From contig CBDCJV010000002.1 of the NCBI GenBank assembly GCA_965217895.1, positions 3,040,001 to 3,104,000 of the forward strand: a DNA stretch of 64,000 nucleotides. Direction: 5' to 3'. The stretch is from Waterburya sp. Lineage in GTDB: Bacteria; Cyanobacteriota; Cyanobacteriia; Cyanobacteriales; Xenococcaceae. The notes below the pieces were generated by a model. It was not told the DNA's origin and ran no database searches. It saw nothing but the letters and a program-made list of their open reading frames with translations. Made by a program: the position numbers and the translations under genes. Within the stretch, counting starts at the first letter, position 1, and each line of letters opens with the position of its first letter. Positions 21,989 through 32,575 of this stretch are shown here, one piece after another.

Positions 21989-23233
21989 TTGTCCATAATT
22001 GTTGCTCTTATTTTAATATCCCTACTTGCTGCTTATGTCGCCTGGAATTTGGGTGCTAATGATGTGGCGAACTCTATGGGAACATCCGTCGGTTCAAAAG
22101 CTATTACTCTAACTCAAGCAATTGTTATAGCTGGCATTTTAGAGTTTACAGGAGCGGTAATATTTGGTAAACAAGTATCGGCTACTTTAGCTACTAAGGT
22201 GGCAAATCCTAGTCTATTTGTCGATACTCCCCAGACGTTTTTAGTCGGCATGATTGCGGTATTGCTCTCCTGTGGCATCTGGCTACAGGTTGCTACCAGC
22301 AAAGGTTTGCCCGTGGCTTCTTCCCATGCAGTAGTAGGAGCGATCGCTGGATTTAGCTGGGTAGCTATTGGTAAAGAAGCGATCGCCTGGGGCAATATCG
22401 GCTTAATCTGTTTGGGTTGGATCGTTACCCCTGTACTTAGTGCCATTGTGGCAGCAGGTTTGTACAGCCTGTTGCGCTACTGGTTGTTTGAGCGGGAAGA
22501 TACCCTAAAACAGTTAAAAGAATGGATTCCCTGGTTGAGCGCAGCTTTAATTAGCATTTTTGGCGTTATTGTTTTGCCTACTGTTGTACAGCTACCTATT
22601 TTTAATTATCTGGTGCTGCCAGAGCAAACTATTAGCTTGGGTATTGGCTTGATAGCCACTACAGGAATTACCTTATATGGTTGGAATCGCCTTGACGAAT
22701 ATCAAAAACAGTGGTTTGAGACTTCAGTTTTAGAAAAAATCATGGGTAAGTTTCAGGTGCTTAGTGCCTGTTTTGTAGCTTTTGCTCATGGTTCAAATGA
22801 TGTTGGTAATGCGATCGCGCCTTTAGCAGCCATAGTTTATATTTTCCATACCAATGAAGTCCCAATTAACAGTTTGGAAATTCCTCTTTGGATTCTCGTC
22901 TTAGGTGGTTTAGGGATTGTGGCAGGATTAGCCGTACAGGGAAAAAAGGTGATAGCTACTGTCGGCGAAAATATTATTACCCTAGTACCTAGTACTGGTT
23001 TCTGCGCTGAAATTGCCACTGCAACTACAATTTTACTTGCCTCTCGTATTGGTTTACCCGTTTCTACTTCCCATGCCTTAGTTGGTAGCGTCATCGGCAT
23101 TGGTTTAATTTCTACTAATCAAAAAGTACGTTGGTCAACTATCAAGTCTGTAGTTTTGGCTTGGGTAATCACCTTACCTGTAGCAACGGTTTTAGGTGCA
23201 GTAATTTTCTCTTTACTGTTGCCTTTATTTTGA
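21989..23233 (+). CDS. pitA: Inorganic phosphate transporter, PiT family
   Basis: GANDVANSMGT and HGSNDVGNAI signature motifs; GLPVSTSH. Confidence 0.9.
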   Translation: MSIIVALILISLLAAYVAWNLGANDVANSMGTSVGSKAITLTQAIVIAGILEFTGAVIFGKQVSATLATKVANPSLFVDTPQTFLVGMIAVLLSCGIWLQVATSKGLPVASSHAVVGAIAGFSWVAIGKEAIAWGNIGLICLGWIVTPVLSAIVAAGLYSLLRYWLFEREDTLKQLKEWIPWLSAALISIFGVIVLPTVVQLPIFNYLVLPEQTISLGIGLIATTGITLYGWNRLDEYQKQWFETSVLEKIMGKFQVLSACFVAFAHGSNDVGNAIAPLAAIVYIFHTNEVPINSLEIPLWILVLGGLGIVAGLAVQGKKVIATVGENIITLVPSTGFCAEIATATTILLASRIGLPVSTSHALVGSVIGIGLISTNQKVRWSTIKSVVLAWVITLPVATVLGAVIFSLLLPLF

Positions 23234-23376
23234 GCAGCAGCTATGACGGACAAAACAAAGAGCCAGTATTTTGTGTCTTTGAAATCTTAGTTTTACTATG
23301 ACGCGAGTGTTTTATCTGACAAAGAATGTTTTAGCTGTTCAATGACAGATTTAACACTGGCTCTTTTACGTACCAT

Positions 23377-23488
23377 AGCATTACGCATCAAGATTAGGAC
23401 GTTTTATAAAATTGCTAGCTGCTACTTGCTACTTGTTACTTTCGAGCCGATAACCAAATATGTCCTAACGTAACTTTGTACGGCTATA
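23377..23488. mobile_element. MITE-like element C with internal GCTACTT heptamers
   Basis: Degenerate TIRs CATAGC...TTAGGAC / GTCCTAA...GCTATA. Confidence 0.45.
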
Positions 23489-23577
23489 GTTGCGAACCCC
23501 AGAAACTAATAACTAACCAAAGGTTCAACGGAGAACAAGCGATAAAATTAAAAGGAAATATAAATTAAATTGATTTT

Positions 23578-25098
23578 ATGGCGATCGCTTTAAAAAATAA
23601 GCAAAAATCTCGTGTGGTAGTTGTGGGTGCAGGTATCGGTGGTTTGACCACAGGAGCATTGTTAGCCAAAAATGGTCATCAGGTAACTATTTATGACCAG
23701 GCGATCGTTCCAGGTGGATGTGCTTCTACTTTTAAGCGTCGTGGCTTTACTTTTGAGGTGGGGGCAACTCAGGTGGCAGGGTTAGAGCCTGGAGGCATAC
23801 ACCACCGCATTTTTCAGGAGTTGGACATTGAGCTACCTCAAACTACCTACTGCGATCCTGCCTGTGCTGTATTTTTACCAGGAGAAACCGAACCGATTAA
23901 TGTCTGGCGAGACGCTGCTAAATGGCAAGCAGAGAGACAAAGACAATTTCCTGGTAGTAAACCATTTTGGCATCTATTAAATAAACTATTTAAGGCTAGC
24001 TGGCGATTTCAAGGTAGAGATCCCGTGTTGCCTCCTCGCAATATTTGGGATTTATGGCAGTTAGTCTCGGCGGTTAGACCAGATACTTTAATTACCGTAC
24101 CTTTTGTTCTGATGACTGTGGCTGATGCCCTCAAGCTATACGGCTTATACGGCGACAAACGGCTAAAGACTTTTCTCGATCTCCAGCTAAAACTTTATTC
24201 TCAGGTAGATACAGATGAAACCGCTTTGTTATATGCAGCAACAGCCTTAGCGGTTTCCCAAGCACCTCAAGGACTGTTCCATCTCCAGGGCAGTATGCAA
24301 GTACTAAGCGATCGCCTAGTGACAGGGTTAGAAAAATATCAGGGAAAGTTATTGATGCGCCATAGCGTTGAACAAATGCATACTACTTCGGGTCGAGTGA
24401 CGGGGATAACTGTCCGCAATCAAAAGACTGGTGAAACCTGGGTCGAAGAGGCAGACGAAGTAGTAGCAAACGTTACTGCTCAGAATTTAGTCAAGCTAAC
24501 TTCAGATAAATCCTTGGGCAATTACCAACGGCGGTTGGAGAAACTCCCCCAACCATCAGGGGCATTTGTAGTTTATTTAGGAGTTAAGCGAAAAGCAATT
24601 CCTCCAAACTGTTCTCCTCATCTACAGTTTCTTTACAACCAAGATGAAGTAATTGGCGAAAATAACTCTCTTTTTGTTTCCGTAAGCAAGCCTGGGGATG
24701 GACGCGCACCTGATGGGCAAGCAACCATCATTGCCTCCTCATTTACTGATGCCGATCTATGGTGGCAAGCAGAGGAGAAAGACTATGCCCGTATTAAACA
24801 AGATTATACAGAAGAAGCGATCGCTCGCCTCGGAGAATATTTTCAACTCACTCCAGAAAATATTCTCCACGCCGAAGCAGCAACCCCCAGAACCTTTGCT
24901 CACTATACCGCCAGAGAAAAAGGTGTTGTTGGCGGATTGGGGCAGCGTCTGGCTAATTTTGGTCCATTTGGCTTTGCTAACCGTACTCCTATTAAGCATC
25001 TTTGGTTAGTAGGAGATTCAACCCATCCAGGAGAGGGGACGGCAGGAGTCAGCTATTCTGCCTTGACCGTGGTTAGACAAATTGCAGCAGGTAAGTAG
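23578..25098 (+). CDS. crtD: Carotenoid C-3',4' desaturase CrtD
   Basis: FAD-binding VVGAGIGG; GATQVAGLEPGGIH; GDSTHPGEGTAGVSYSA. Confidence 0.85.
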   Translation: MAIALKNKQKSRVVVVGAGIGGLTTGALLAKNGHQVTIYDQAIVPGGCASTFKRRGFTFEVGATQVAGLEPGGIHHRIFQELDIELPQTTYCDPACAVFLPGETEPINVWRDAAKWQAERQRQFPGSKPFWHLLNKLFKASWRFQGRDPVLPPRNIWDLWQLVSAVRPDTLITVPFVLMTVADALKLYGLYGDKRLKTFLDLQLKLYSQVDTDETALLYAATALAVSQAPQGLFHLQGSMQVLSDRLVTGLEKYQGKLLMRHSVEQMHTTSGRVTGITVRNQKTGETWVEEADEVVANVTAQNLVKLTSDKSLGNYQRRLEKLPQPSGAFVVYLGVKRKAIPPNCSPHLQFLYNQDEVIGENNSLFVSVSKPGDGRAPDGQATIIASSFTDADLWWQAEEKDYARIKQDYTEEAIARLGEYFQLTPENILHAEAATPRTFAHYTAREKGVVGGLGQRLANFGPFGFANRTPIKHLWLVGDSTHPGEGTAGVSYSALTVVRQIAAGK

Positions 25099-25209
25099 AT
25101 AGGACAAATTAATTAGAAGATAGTCTCAGTAATGAGTAATGAGTCGTAAATATCTTGCTTACTTGGTTTTATCTAAAATTTAATTTAAATATATTTAACT
25201 AAAATAAAA

Positions 25210-26352
25210 ATGTTCGAGTTAATATTTGCTCAAAGTTTAGCAATAGTATCAAATCAAAATTTTATTTCTGAGATCGATCGGCCAACAGCAGTAGTAAATG
25301 CTTCTACTCTCCAGAAAATCAGCCCAAACAACGGTAATTTAAATTACTCAGGTAGAGTAGACTGGGAAAATCCTCAAGCACCAGGCTTTAGTTATCCAGG
25401 GACAGCATTGGAGTTTAAATTTACTGGTACTAGTTTAAAAATCGAGCTATCAGAAGATAATTGGGGCAGCGAAAATTATGTTGATGTTTATCTTGACGGA
25501 AGTTCTCAGCCTACGACTATTAAACTAAGACAAGAAAATGGTCAACCAGTTGTTTATGATATAGCTACTGGATTAGAAAACAAGACTCACAATGCCGTTG
25601 TGGTTAAACGAGTTGATTACCTAACGGGAGAATTTAAGCTTCATAGCATAGCAATTGACGGTGAGCTACTGACTGCTAATCCAGACTCTAATAAAAAGAT
25701 AGAGGTTTATGGCGATTCTATTTCTGCTGGTCATGCGGTGGAATATGAACCTCCAGGAGTTCAAGATCCTCAAACAAATCTAATTCCTATTTCCAATGCT
25801 TATTATAGTTATGCTTCCATACTAGCAAGAGATTATGATGCAGAACTTTCTTTGATAGCTCAATCAGGAGCATCTTTGGTCAATGGTTTTGGCTTTTGGA
25901 ATAACGGCACAGGAACAGAAGCTTTTTATAACAGAATTAAGCCTCTTGGCGACGCTCCTCTATGGGATTTTAAACAATACACCCCTGACTTGGTAGTGAT
26001 TGCTCTGGGTCAAAACGATGCTGCAACAATTGGTAATAATTTATCTAGCGAAGCTTGGAAAGGACACTATAAACAATTTATTGCTAATCTGCGAGCCAAA
26101 TATCCAGATTCTTATTTTGTGGGTATGTTTCCCAATATGTATCATGATACTCGATGGGACGGATATTTAACCGAAGCGATCGCCGAGTACCGCCAGGAAA
26201 ACCACGATAATCGTGTTTTTTCGCTGATTCAGAAGCAAGTAACCCCTGGTCATCCTCGCATTAGTGAACAACAGCTTATGGCAGACACTTTAAAAAAGTT
26301 TATTGATGGGACTCTAACTAAAAAAGGTTTTAACTGGGATGTGGCTAATTGA
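25210..26352 (+). CDS. SGNH/GDSL esterase (carbohydrate esterase 2-like)
   Basis: YGDSISAG block I, LGQND block III, GHP block V; N-terminal beta domain (YSGRVDW). Confidence 0.75.
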   Translation: MFELIFAQSLAIVSNQNFISEIDRPTAVVNASTLQKISPNNGNLNYSGRVDWENPQAPGFSYPGTALEFKFTGTSLKIELSEDNWGSENYVDVYLDGSSQPTTIKLRQENGQPVVYDIATGLENKTHNAVVVKRVDYLTGEFKLHSIAIDGELLTANPDSNKKIEVYGDSISAGHAVEYEPPGVQDPQTNLIPISNAYYSYASILARDYDAELSLIAQSGASLVNGFGFWNNGTGTEAFYNRIKPLGDAPLWDFKQYTPDLVVIALGQNDAATIGNNLSSEAWKGHYKQFIANLRAKYPDSYFVGMFPNMYHDTRWDGYLTEAIAEYRQENHDNRVFSLIQKQVTPGHPRISEQQLMADTLKKFIDGTLTKKGFNWDVAN

Positions 26353-26389
26353 ATAAATACTGGGCGATGGCTAAATACCTACTGAAAAT

Positions 26390-26818
26390 CTACTGAATAT
26401 ATTTGGCTAAAGCTGTTTCTAATGTTGCTATTAACTTGTCAATATCTCCATCTGTAGCAGCAAAAGAATCTGGTGGAGAAATATTAGGTTGAAAGTTAAT
26501 TAACTTTACCTGCCCTTCGCCAATAACAACAATTACAACCTCTGTTTCTTGATCGTAATTATCAACAATTCCCAAGATTTCTTGCAGTTGTCCTCTAGTA
26601 TTTTGATTTAGTTTCTCAAGGCTTGCTTGAGAACAAGCAACAAAATGAGGTTCAGGTTTCAAATCAATACCTAAAACCTCTTTTGTATCTGCCCATTCTC
26701 TTTGTAGTCCCCAGGCTAAAGCAGCAAGCTGTTGTTCACAATCGTTAACAAAAATGTCTAATTGCGATCGCCATTTTTGTTCGGCTATTTCTGGTCGATT
26801 ATTACTTAAATCAAACAT
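26390..26818 (-). CDS. ccmS: Beta-carboxysome assembly chaperone CcmS-like
   Basis: KWRSQLD.FV..QLAALAWGL, GIDLKPEPHFV, LQEILGIV, IGEGQVKLI, recalled as the CcmS family pattern. Confidence 0.65.
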   Translation of the reverse strand: MFDLSNNRPEIAEQKWRSQLDIFVNDCEQQLAALAWGLQREWADTKEVLGIDLKPEPHFVACSQASLEKLNQNTRGQLQEILGIVDNYDQETEVVIVVIGEGQVKLINFQPNISPPDSFAATDGDIDKLIATLETALAKYIQ

Positions 26819-27059
26819 ATTAACTGTTAAACACCCTAACGTTTTGTTTCACAGCCAGACATAATCATCCAAAATTTTGGCTTGTGAAAACTGCATCCTT
26901 ATTTATCGTCTTCTTTGTCCACACTAAAGTCAAGCCTTCCCTGCATCAAAGCGCAAGGCAAGCAAACTATTTGAAATAAACCTTTAGCTCAAATTAAAAG
27001 ATTTTTTTCACCGCAAACTACCTTAACTTGGCAAAGTTTGGCAAGATCTATGAATCTAG

Positions 27060-27377
27060 TTAAATTTCGCACTCCATACGAGCAAAGGTAATAGCATCAA
27101 ACCCAAAGGCAAACATTAAAGGCATCGGCGAGGTAACAAGGTAGCTAGCAAACAATGCCAGCACGCTGACAATAGCAGCAGAAGCTAACCATTTATATTC
27201 GCTACTACTCAAACCTTTTTCACTCTTGATAACTCTCATTACCTTTTGGGGGATAGGTTCTGGCATAACGCCATTAGGAGGAAATGCCCAATAGTGATTG
27301 TAGCGTTCTTGAAATAAATCCGTCCAGCCGTTGCGATCGCACCATTCTTGAATCCATTCGTCATGAAAGTGTTTCAT
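27060..27377 (-). CDS. Conserved cyanobacterial membrane protein
   Basis: EWIQEWCDRNGWTDLF, YWAFPPNGVMPEPIP; two C-terminal TM segments. Confidence 0.75.
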   Translation of the reverse strand: MKHFHDEWIQEWCDRNGWTDLFQERYNHYWAFPPNGVMPEPIPQKVMRVIKSEKGLSSSEYKWLASAAIVSVLALFASYLVTSPMPLMFAFGFDAITFARMECEI

Positions 27378-27664
27378 CAGATTTTAAGTTTTAAGATAAC
27401 TTAATTGTTAAAACTTGTAGCAATAAATTTTTAAATATTTGTCTTTTCCTGGTTTTCATACATTAACAAAAGTCGCCTTTTTTTTAAATATTTATTCTTG
27501 CATACTTAACAAACCTTAAATGAAACTTAATTGTTTAATCAAAATTATGAGCATAATTACTTATTTTATTGTTTTGCGCTTAATATATCTTCATTATTTA
27601 GTTTGTTAATTAGAGACAAAAAACACTTAGTATTGAACGCTAGCTAGTTAACAATTAGTAATAT

Positions 27665-28234
27665 TTATAAGTAGTATTCAAAAGATTTTAAACAAGTTTC
27701 AGTACAAATAAAATTCAGTTTGATGTCCCATGTATCTACTGGCAATCGGTCAACATAGGCAAAATCAAATACTATACCAATAGTGGGAATAGTTGCCCAC
27801 TGGGGGAGACTTAATAAACGATCGTAAAAACCGCCTCCGTAACCCAAACGATACCCTCGTTGATCGCAAGCTACGGTAGGAACTAAAATCAAGTCGGCAG
27901 ACGAAGGCGTAATTACTTTTGCTGTTGCTAAAGGTTCTTTGATACCATATTTACCTACATTTAAAGTTTCTCCTGGCTGCCATAAATGCCAAACTAAAGT
28001 TTTTTCAACACAGCGAGGAAAAGCCCAGTTTTTATGTTCAAAAAATAGGGAGGATAAATCAGCTTCTTGACGAAAACTAAAGTAGGCAAAGACTGTTTTT
28101 GCTTGTTGAAATAGTGGGAAAGTTTTCAAGCGATCGCCAATAAGATTACTTTTTGCCTGCCATTCATTAGTAGAAACAGACTTTCTTTGCTGCATTATTG
28201 TCCGTCTTAATGCTGATTTATCTAGTTGAGACAT
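27665..28234 (-). CDS. 5-formyltetrahydrofolate cyclo-ligase
   Basis: YGIKEP, LVPTVACD..GYRLGYGGGFYDR, WDIKL. Confidence 0.92.
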   Translation of the reverse strand: MSQLDKSALRRTIMQQRKSVSTNEWQAKSNLIGDRLKTFPLFQQAKTVFAYFSFRQEADLSSLFFEHKNWAFPRCVEKTLVWHLWQPGETLNVGKYGIKEPLATAKVITPSSADLILVPTVACDQRGYRLGYGGGFYDRLLSLPQWATIPTIGIVFDFAYVDRLPVDTWDIKLNFICTETCLKSFEYYL

Positions 28235-28257
28235 AATATTAAGAAAATAAATGTGGC

Positions 28258-29091
28258 TTATTTTTCAGATTCTAGATAAGAACACCAATCACTCCAGCCA
28301 CCAGGATACAATTTAGTATTTTTCAACCCTGCCAGACTAAGAGAAAATAGGTTAACACAGGCAGTTACCCCAGATCCGCAATAGACAATTATCTCTTCTG
28401 CGTACTTCAAATCACTCCATAACTGTTGCTGTGCTTGTATGGACTTGAGATATCCCGATTCATCACTTACCTGTTTCCAAGGAGAATTAACCGCACCTTC
28501 GATACTTCCCGCAATTGGATCTATTGGTTCAATTAATCCCAGATAGCGATCGCGATCGCGTGAGTCTATTACAATTACTCCATCCTTATGTTGAGCAGAT
28601 TTTACTACGTTTATGTCTACTAACCAATCTGGATTAGGTTGAGGGGAGAAACTTGCCGATCTATTTTTGGGAATAGCGTTACTTACAGGATAATCATGTT
28701 TTAGCCAGTCATTCCAACCACCGTCCAATAGAACTACAGAATCATGTCCTAGATAACGTAATAACCACCATAAGCGCGCTGCAAATGCAAAATGGGAATC
28801 ATCATAGGCGACAACTAGGGTCTCATTTTTGATAATTCCCATACTTGCCAACTTTTGAGCCAGCCTATCCATATCTGGTAAAGGGTGTCTTCCTCCGTGG
28901 CGTTGTACCTCACTGGCTAAATCGCGATCTAAATTGAGATAATATGCACCCTCAATATGAGCGTGATGATATGACTCTTCTCCCCAATGGGGATCGGCTA
29001 ACTGAAAACGACAGTCTACTATGACTAAGAAGGGGTTATCTAATCGCTGCATCAGCCATTGGCTATCAACTAGATATTTTGTTTTCTTCAT
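28258..29091 (-). CDS. Sulfurtransferase (tandem rhodanese, SseA-like)
   Basis: GGRHPLP, AARLWWLL, YCGSGVTAC, LYPGGWSDW. Confidence 0.9.
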   Translation of the reverse strand: MKKTKYLVDSQWLMQRLDNPFLVIVDCRFQLADPHWGEESYHHAHIEGAYYLNLDRDLASEVQRHGGRHPLPDMDRLAQKLASMGIIKNETLVVAYDDSHFAFAARLWWLLRYLGHDSVVLLDGGWNDWLKHDYPVSNAIPKNRSASFSPQPNPDWLVDINVVKSAQHKDGVIVIDSRDRDRYLGLIEPIDPIAGSIEGAVNSPWKQVSDESGYLKSIQAQQQLWSDLKYAEEIIVYCGSGVTACVNLFSLSLAGLKNTKLYPGGWSDWCSYLESEK

Positions 29092-29249
29092 GAGAATTTA
29101 TGTTCAACACATCTCTATTTTTATAATGCCCTAATAGAGGAAACGGAATTAGGCAATATGCGGATTTTCCAGCAAGAAGAAGAGGAGTCCCAACAAGCTT
29201 ATGAATCAAGTCGATGATTACTAATTTACCCAAATCTGTAAGCTAAAAG

Positions 29250-29312
29250 CTAAAAGCTAAAAGCTAAGAGCTTATCTTGTCCCAAGTCTCTCATTATTTT
29301 CGAGAATTGGTA
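29250..29312. repeat. Second copy of the MITE-like end (see 1670-1732)
   Basis: Reverse complement of 1670-1732. Confidence 0.75.
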
Positions 29313-29324
29313 TAAGGTTGAGCA

Positions 29325-29801
29325 TCAAACATCACCTGGATTTAACTGCATCATTTTCCACGTAACAAAAGTTCCTACTGGACTCCAAAGTAGATAAGGG
29401 ACTAACAGCCAAAATGCAGTAGTAGATATAGGAAAAACTATTACCGCTAAGATTGCTCCTAAAAAGAAGCCAGTTCCACCAATAATTGTGCCTATTTTGA
29501 GACTGCGCGTTTTACACATTACCAAGGTATAAAGAGAAATTGATATTTCGACCAACAAATAAAAACCCATTAGCGACCAAGGAGAATTGCCATCAGGTTT
29601 AGTCTCCCAGACGTTGTAGGCCGACCATGCACCACAGATAAAGATAACTGTCCAGATGATAGGAATAGCTCCTTCAAAGGTTAGCCAGCTAGGACGACGC
29701 AGGTTTTTAAACCAACGAAAGTCTTGACTTGAAATTAAACGATTTAAACCAAAGGGAACAATCAGAGTAACAATAGCGATCGCTAGCCAGGAAGGAATCA
29801 T
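29325..29801 (-). CDS. TspO/MBR family protein
   Basis: WFKNLRRPSW, IWTVIF, LVPYLLW. Confidence 0.85.
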   Translation of the reverse strand: MIPSWLAIAIVTLIVPFGLNRLISSQDFRWFKNLRRPSWLTFEGAIPIIWTVIFICGAWSAYNVWETKPDGNSPWSLMGFYLLVEISISLYTLVMCKTRSLKIGTIIGGTGFFLGAILAVIVFPISTTAFWLLVPYLLWSPVGTFVTWKMMQLNPGDV

Positions 29802-29947
29802 AATAATTGGTAATGATAAAATTTCTGAACGTTCTTAAATTTTGTCATTAAAGTCACAGAATAAAAAACAGCACCCTATCACAATTTATTTATACTCTTC
29901 TTATTTGCTTTTTTCGGTGGATGTAAAATGTGAACTTAGTATGACAA

Positions 29948-30415
29948 CTAACCGCTCACCCAGACATACTCAGAAAATATCATGGCAATACTAATTCCTA
30001 AGCTTAGACCAACTAGAACTTGAAAAGGCGTGTGTCCCAACAGCTCTTTTAGTCTTTCTTCATTTAAATTATGCTTTTCTTGAAACAGTTCATCAATTAG
30101 CTGATTAAGAATTTTTGCTTGTTTCCCTGCTGCTTGACGTACCCCCGCAGCATCATACATGACAATGATGGCAAAGAGACAGGCGATCGCAAATTCGGCA
30201 GAAGACCAACCTTTTAGTGAGCCAACGCTAGTAGCTAACGCACCAACTAAGGCTGAATGGGCGCTAGGCATTCCTCCAGGAGAAAGTAAATAAGTTATGT
30301 TGAGCTGACGATTTTGGATTAGATCGATGACTAGCTTTAATCCCTGTGCTGAAATACAGGCTAAGAGTGCCACCATTAGTATCTGATTGTGTAAAATACC
30401 AGCAACTTCCTGCAT
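29948..30415 (-). CDS. Divergent PAP2 family (DUF212) protein
   Basis: GGMPSAHSA, VMYDAAGVR..AG.QA, LKELLGHTP. Confidence 0.9.
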   Translation of the reverse strand: MQEVAGILHNQILMVALLACISAQGLKLVIDLIQNRQLNITYLLSPGGMPSAHSALVGALATSVGSLKGWSSAEFAIACLFAIIVMYDAAGVRQAAGKQAKILNQLIDELFQEKHNLNEERLKELLGHTPFQVLVGLSLGISIAMIFSEYVWVSG

Positions 30416-30462
30416 GGTTTATCTTCTTGCCCCAAAAATATTATCTGATATAGAGTTTCGTT

Positions 30463-31383
30463 CTAGCGATCGCGAGTGACGATATATTTAGCTACAGCCC
30501 TTAACGGCTCGGCTTTTGCACCATAGGTTGATAGCTGGGCGATCGCACTATCTACTAACTCCTGTGCTTTGAAACGGGATTTTTCTAATCCCCACAAGCT
30601 TGGATAGGTGGCTTTCTGTGCCTCTAAATCTTTGCCAGCGGTTTTGCCCAACTGTTCGTCTGTCGCTGTAATATCTAAAATATCATCAATTATCTGAAAA
30701 GCCAGACCAATATTTTGAGCATAGTTGGACAGCCTCTTTATATCAGCTTTTTGGGCATCGGCTAAAATTGCTCCTGACACCACGGAGGCATTTAGTAACG
30801 CCCCTGTCTTATGAGTGTGAATAAAACTGAGGGTTTCAGCCGTAATGTCTGATTTTCCCTCTGATTCTAAATCTAAAACCTGTCCGCCAACCAAACCCGC
30901 AGCACCTACAGTGTGTCCTAAACAAGCCACAACTTTGATAATGTTTTCTGCTTTGACGTTTTGGGTTTGCGTGGCAACATATTCAAAGGCATAAGCCAGC
31001 AAGCCATCTCCTGCTAGGATAGCAATATCATCGCCATAAACTTTGTGATTAGTTAGCTTTCCTCGACGAAAATCATCATTATCCATGGACGGTAGGTCAT
31101 CGTGGATCAAAGACATGGTATGAATCATTTCTAAGGCACAGGCGGTAGGCATCGCCATTTCTATACTGCCACCAATTAGCTCACAGGTTGCCAAACAAAG
31201 AATTGGACGTAGGCGTTTGCCTCCGGCTAGCAATGAATAGCGCATTGCCTCGTAGATTTTCTCTGGTCTAGCGACCGTAATTGAGCGATCTAACGCTTGT
31301 TCAACAAGAACTTTTTTTTGCTTTAAATAATTGTTCAAGTCAAACTTTTTAGGCCCGCTCAGCTTTTTGTCGGCTTGTACCAT
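30463..31383 (-). CDS. crtE: Geranylgeranyl diphosphate synthase
   Basis: [34 protein letters not shown]. Confidence 0.95.
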   Translation of the reverse strand: MVQADKKLSGPKKFDLNNYLKQKKVLVEQALDRSITVARPEKIYEAMRYSLLAGGKRLRPILCLATCELIGGSIEMAMPTACALEMIHTMSLIHDDLPSMDNDDFRRGKLTNHKVYGDDIAILAGDGLLAYAFEYVATQTQNVKAENIIKVVACLGHTVGAAGLVGGQVLDLESEGKSDITAETLSFIHTHKTGALLNASVVSGAILADAQKADIKRLSNYAQNIGLAFQIIDDILDITATDEQLGKTAGKDLEAQKATYPSLWGLEKSRFKAQELVDSAIAQLSTYGAKAEPLRAVAKYIVTRDR

Positions 31384-31698
31384 ACTGCACGATAATGTCT
31401 TATTTAATCATCTTTTATAATCCTATTATCCCTCGACGGGTTACTTTAACCAAATAACAGGTATCTTAACTTAATAGAAATAATAGAAGTTGGAATATTG
31501 CCACTTTATCGAAGATGTCGCTCGGTTTTACTGAAAATTAAAAACCAATGCAGTCGTTATCGTGACTGTATTAGTGAAGAGATCGCTAGTACCAGCGATC
31601 GCCATGATAGATAATTAAGCAAAAGAATTTGCCAACCAATTAACTTTTAGTCGAGACGATAATGCTCTCGTATTGAATTAGTGTAGCTCGTATCTTCT

Positions 31699-32460
31699 TC
31701 AATCATTTCTCTTCCAAGTAAAATGGAGCTTATTTTTGATTTTTTTTAATAAATTAAACAACCAAAAATCACCAAAAGGATTTATATATTTGGCTAAAGT
31801 CCAAACTAATAAACAAGGGTGGGCAACAACCTGTAGTAAAGGAAGATCATCTTCCGAATCAGTGACAACGATTGCTGAATGAATTTGGGAGTCTGACAAT
31901 GCTGAGCGCATCATTAATAGCTTACCTTGATGGCGATCGCTTGCTCCTTGCCAAAATCGACAGCCAACTAGGCGATCGTATCTAATGGGCAGATGTTTGA
32001 GGATAGGATCGATGATAAAGTTAAATCCTAAACTAGCAATAATTATTGGTGAATCGCAATTTTGCTTTACTGCCTCAATCAGTTCTAAATTACCCTGATT
32101 TTGAGCTAGCTTTCGAGCTTTTTTTTGCCATAAAAGAAGCGTCCAAGGTAATAAAATGGTGGGAATAACAACTAAAAACCAGTCTCTAATTTTATCGCCT
32201 CTAAATGGTTGTGGTAGCCAAAGCCAAGGTCTAAAAACTTTTAAAATGCTTACTAAAATAAATCCGATGAGACGAGGACATAAACTATTAATATATTCAG
32301 CCGTAGAATTTCTTAATAACAGCGTTTCATCGAAATCTAAAATTATTGGCGTATCTTGAGCAGCATCTTTAATTAAATTTATGGCTTTAGATTTGCTGGC
32401 TAAATCATTAATATACTTTTGATTTCTGACGTTATATCCTTGTGTTATTTCTGACTCCAT
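31699..32460 (-). CDS. HAD-superfamily hydrolase-like protein
   Basis: ILDFDETL motif I; VTDSEDDLPLL motif IV. Confidence 0.75.
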   Translation of the reverse strand: MESEITQGYNVRNQKYINDLASKSKAINLIKDAAQDTPIILDFDETLLLRNSTAEYINSLCPRLIGFILVSILKVFRPWLWLPQPFRGDKIRDWFLVVIPTILLPWTLLLWQKKARKLAQNQGNLELIEAVKQNCDSPIIIASLGFNFIIDPILKHLPIRYDRLVGCRFWQGASDRHQGKLLMMRSALSDSQIHSAIVVTDSEDDLPLLQVVAHPCLLVWTLAKYINPFGDFWLFNLLKKIKNKLHFTWKRND

Positions 32461-32484
32461 CCTCTTTTTTAATTCTTCTTTTAT

Positions 32485-32564
32485 TAGGACTTACGCAGGT
32501 TAACGAGTTTTGCCCCCTAGTCCCCCAAACTTGGGGGATTTAGGGGGCGAGTGCGTAAGTCCTA
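32485..32564. mobile_element. 80-bp MITE-like element D
   Basis: Perfect 13-bp TIR TAGGACTTACGCA/TGCGTAAGTCCTA; internal CCCCC/GGGGG hairpin; related copy at 38243-38550. Confidence 0.8.
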
Positions 32565-32575
32565 TTTTAAATAAA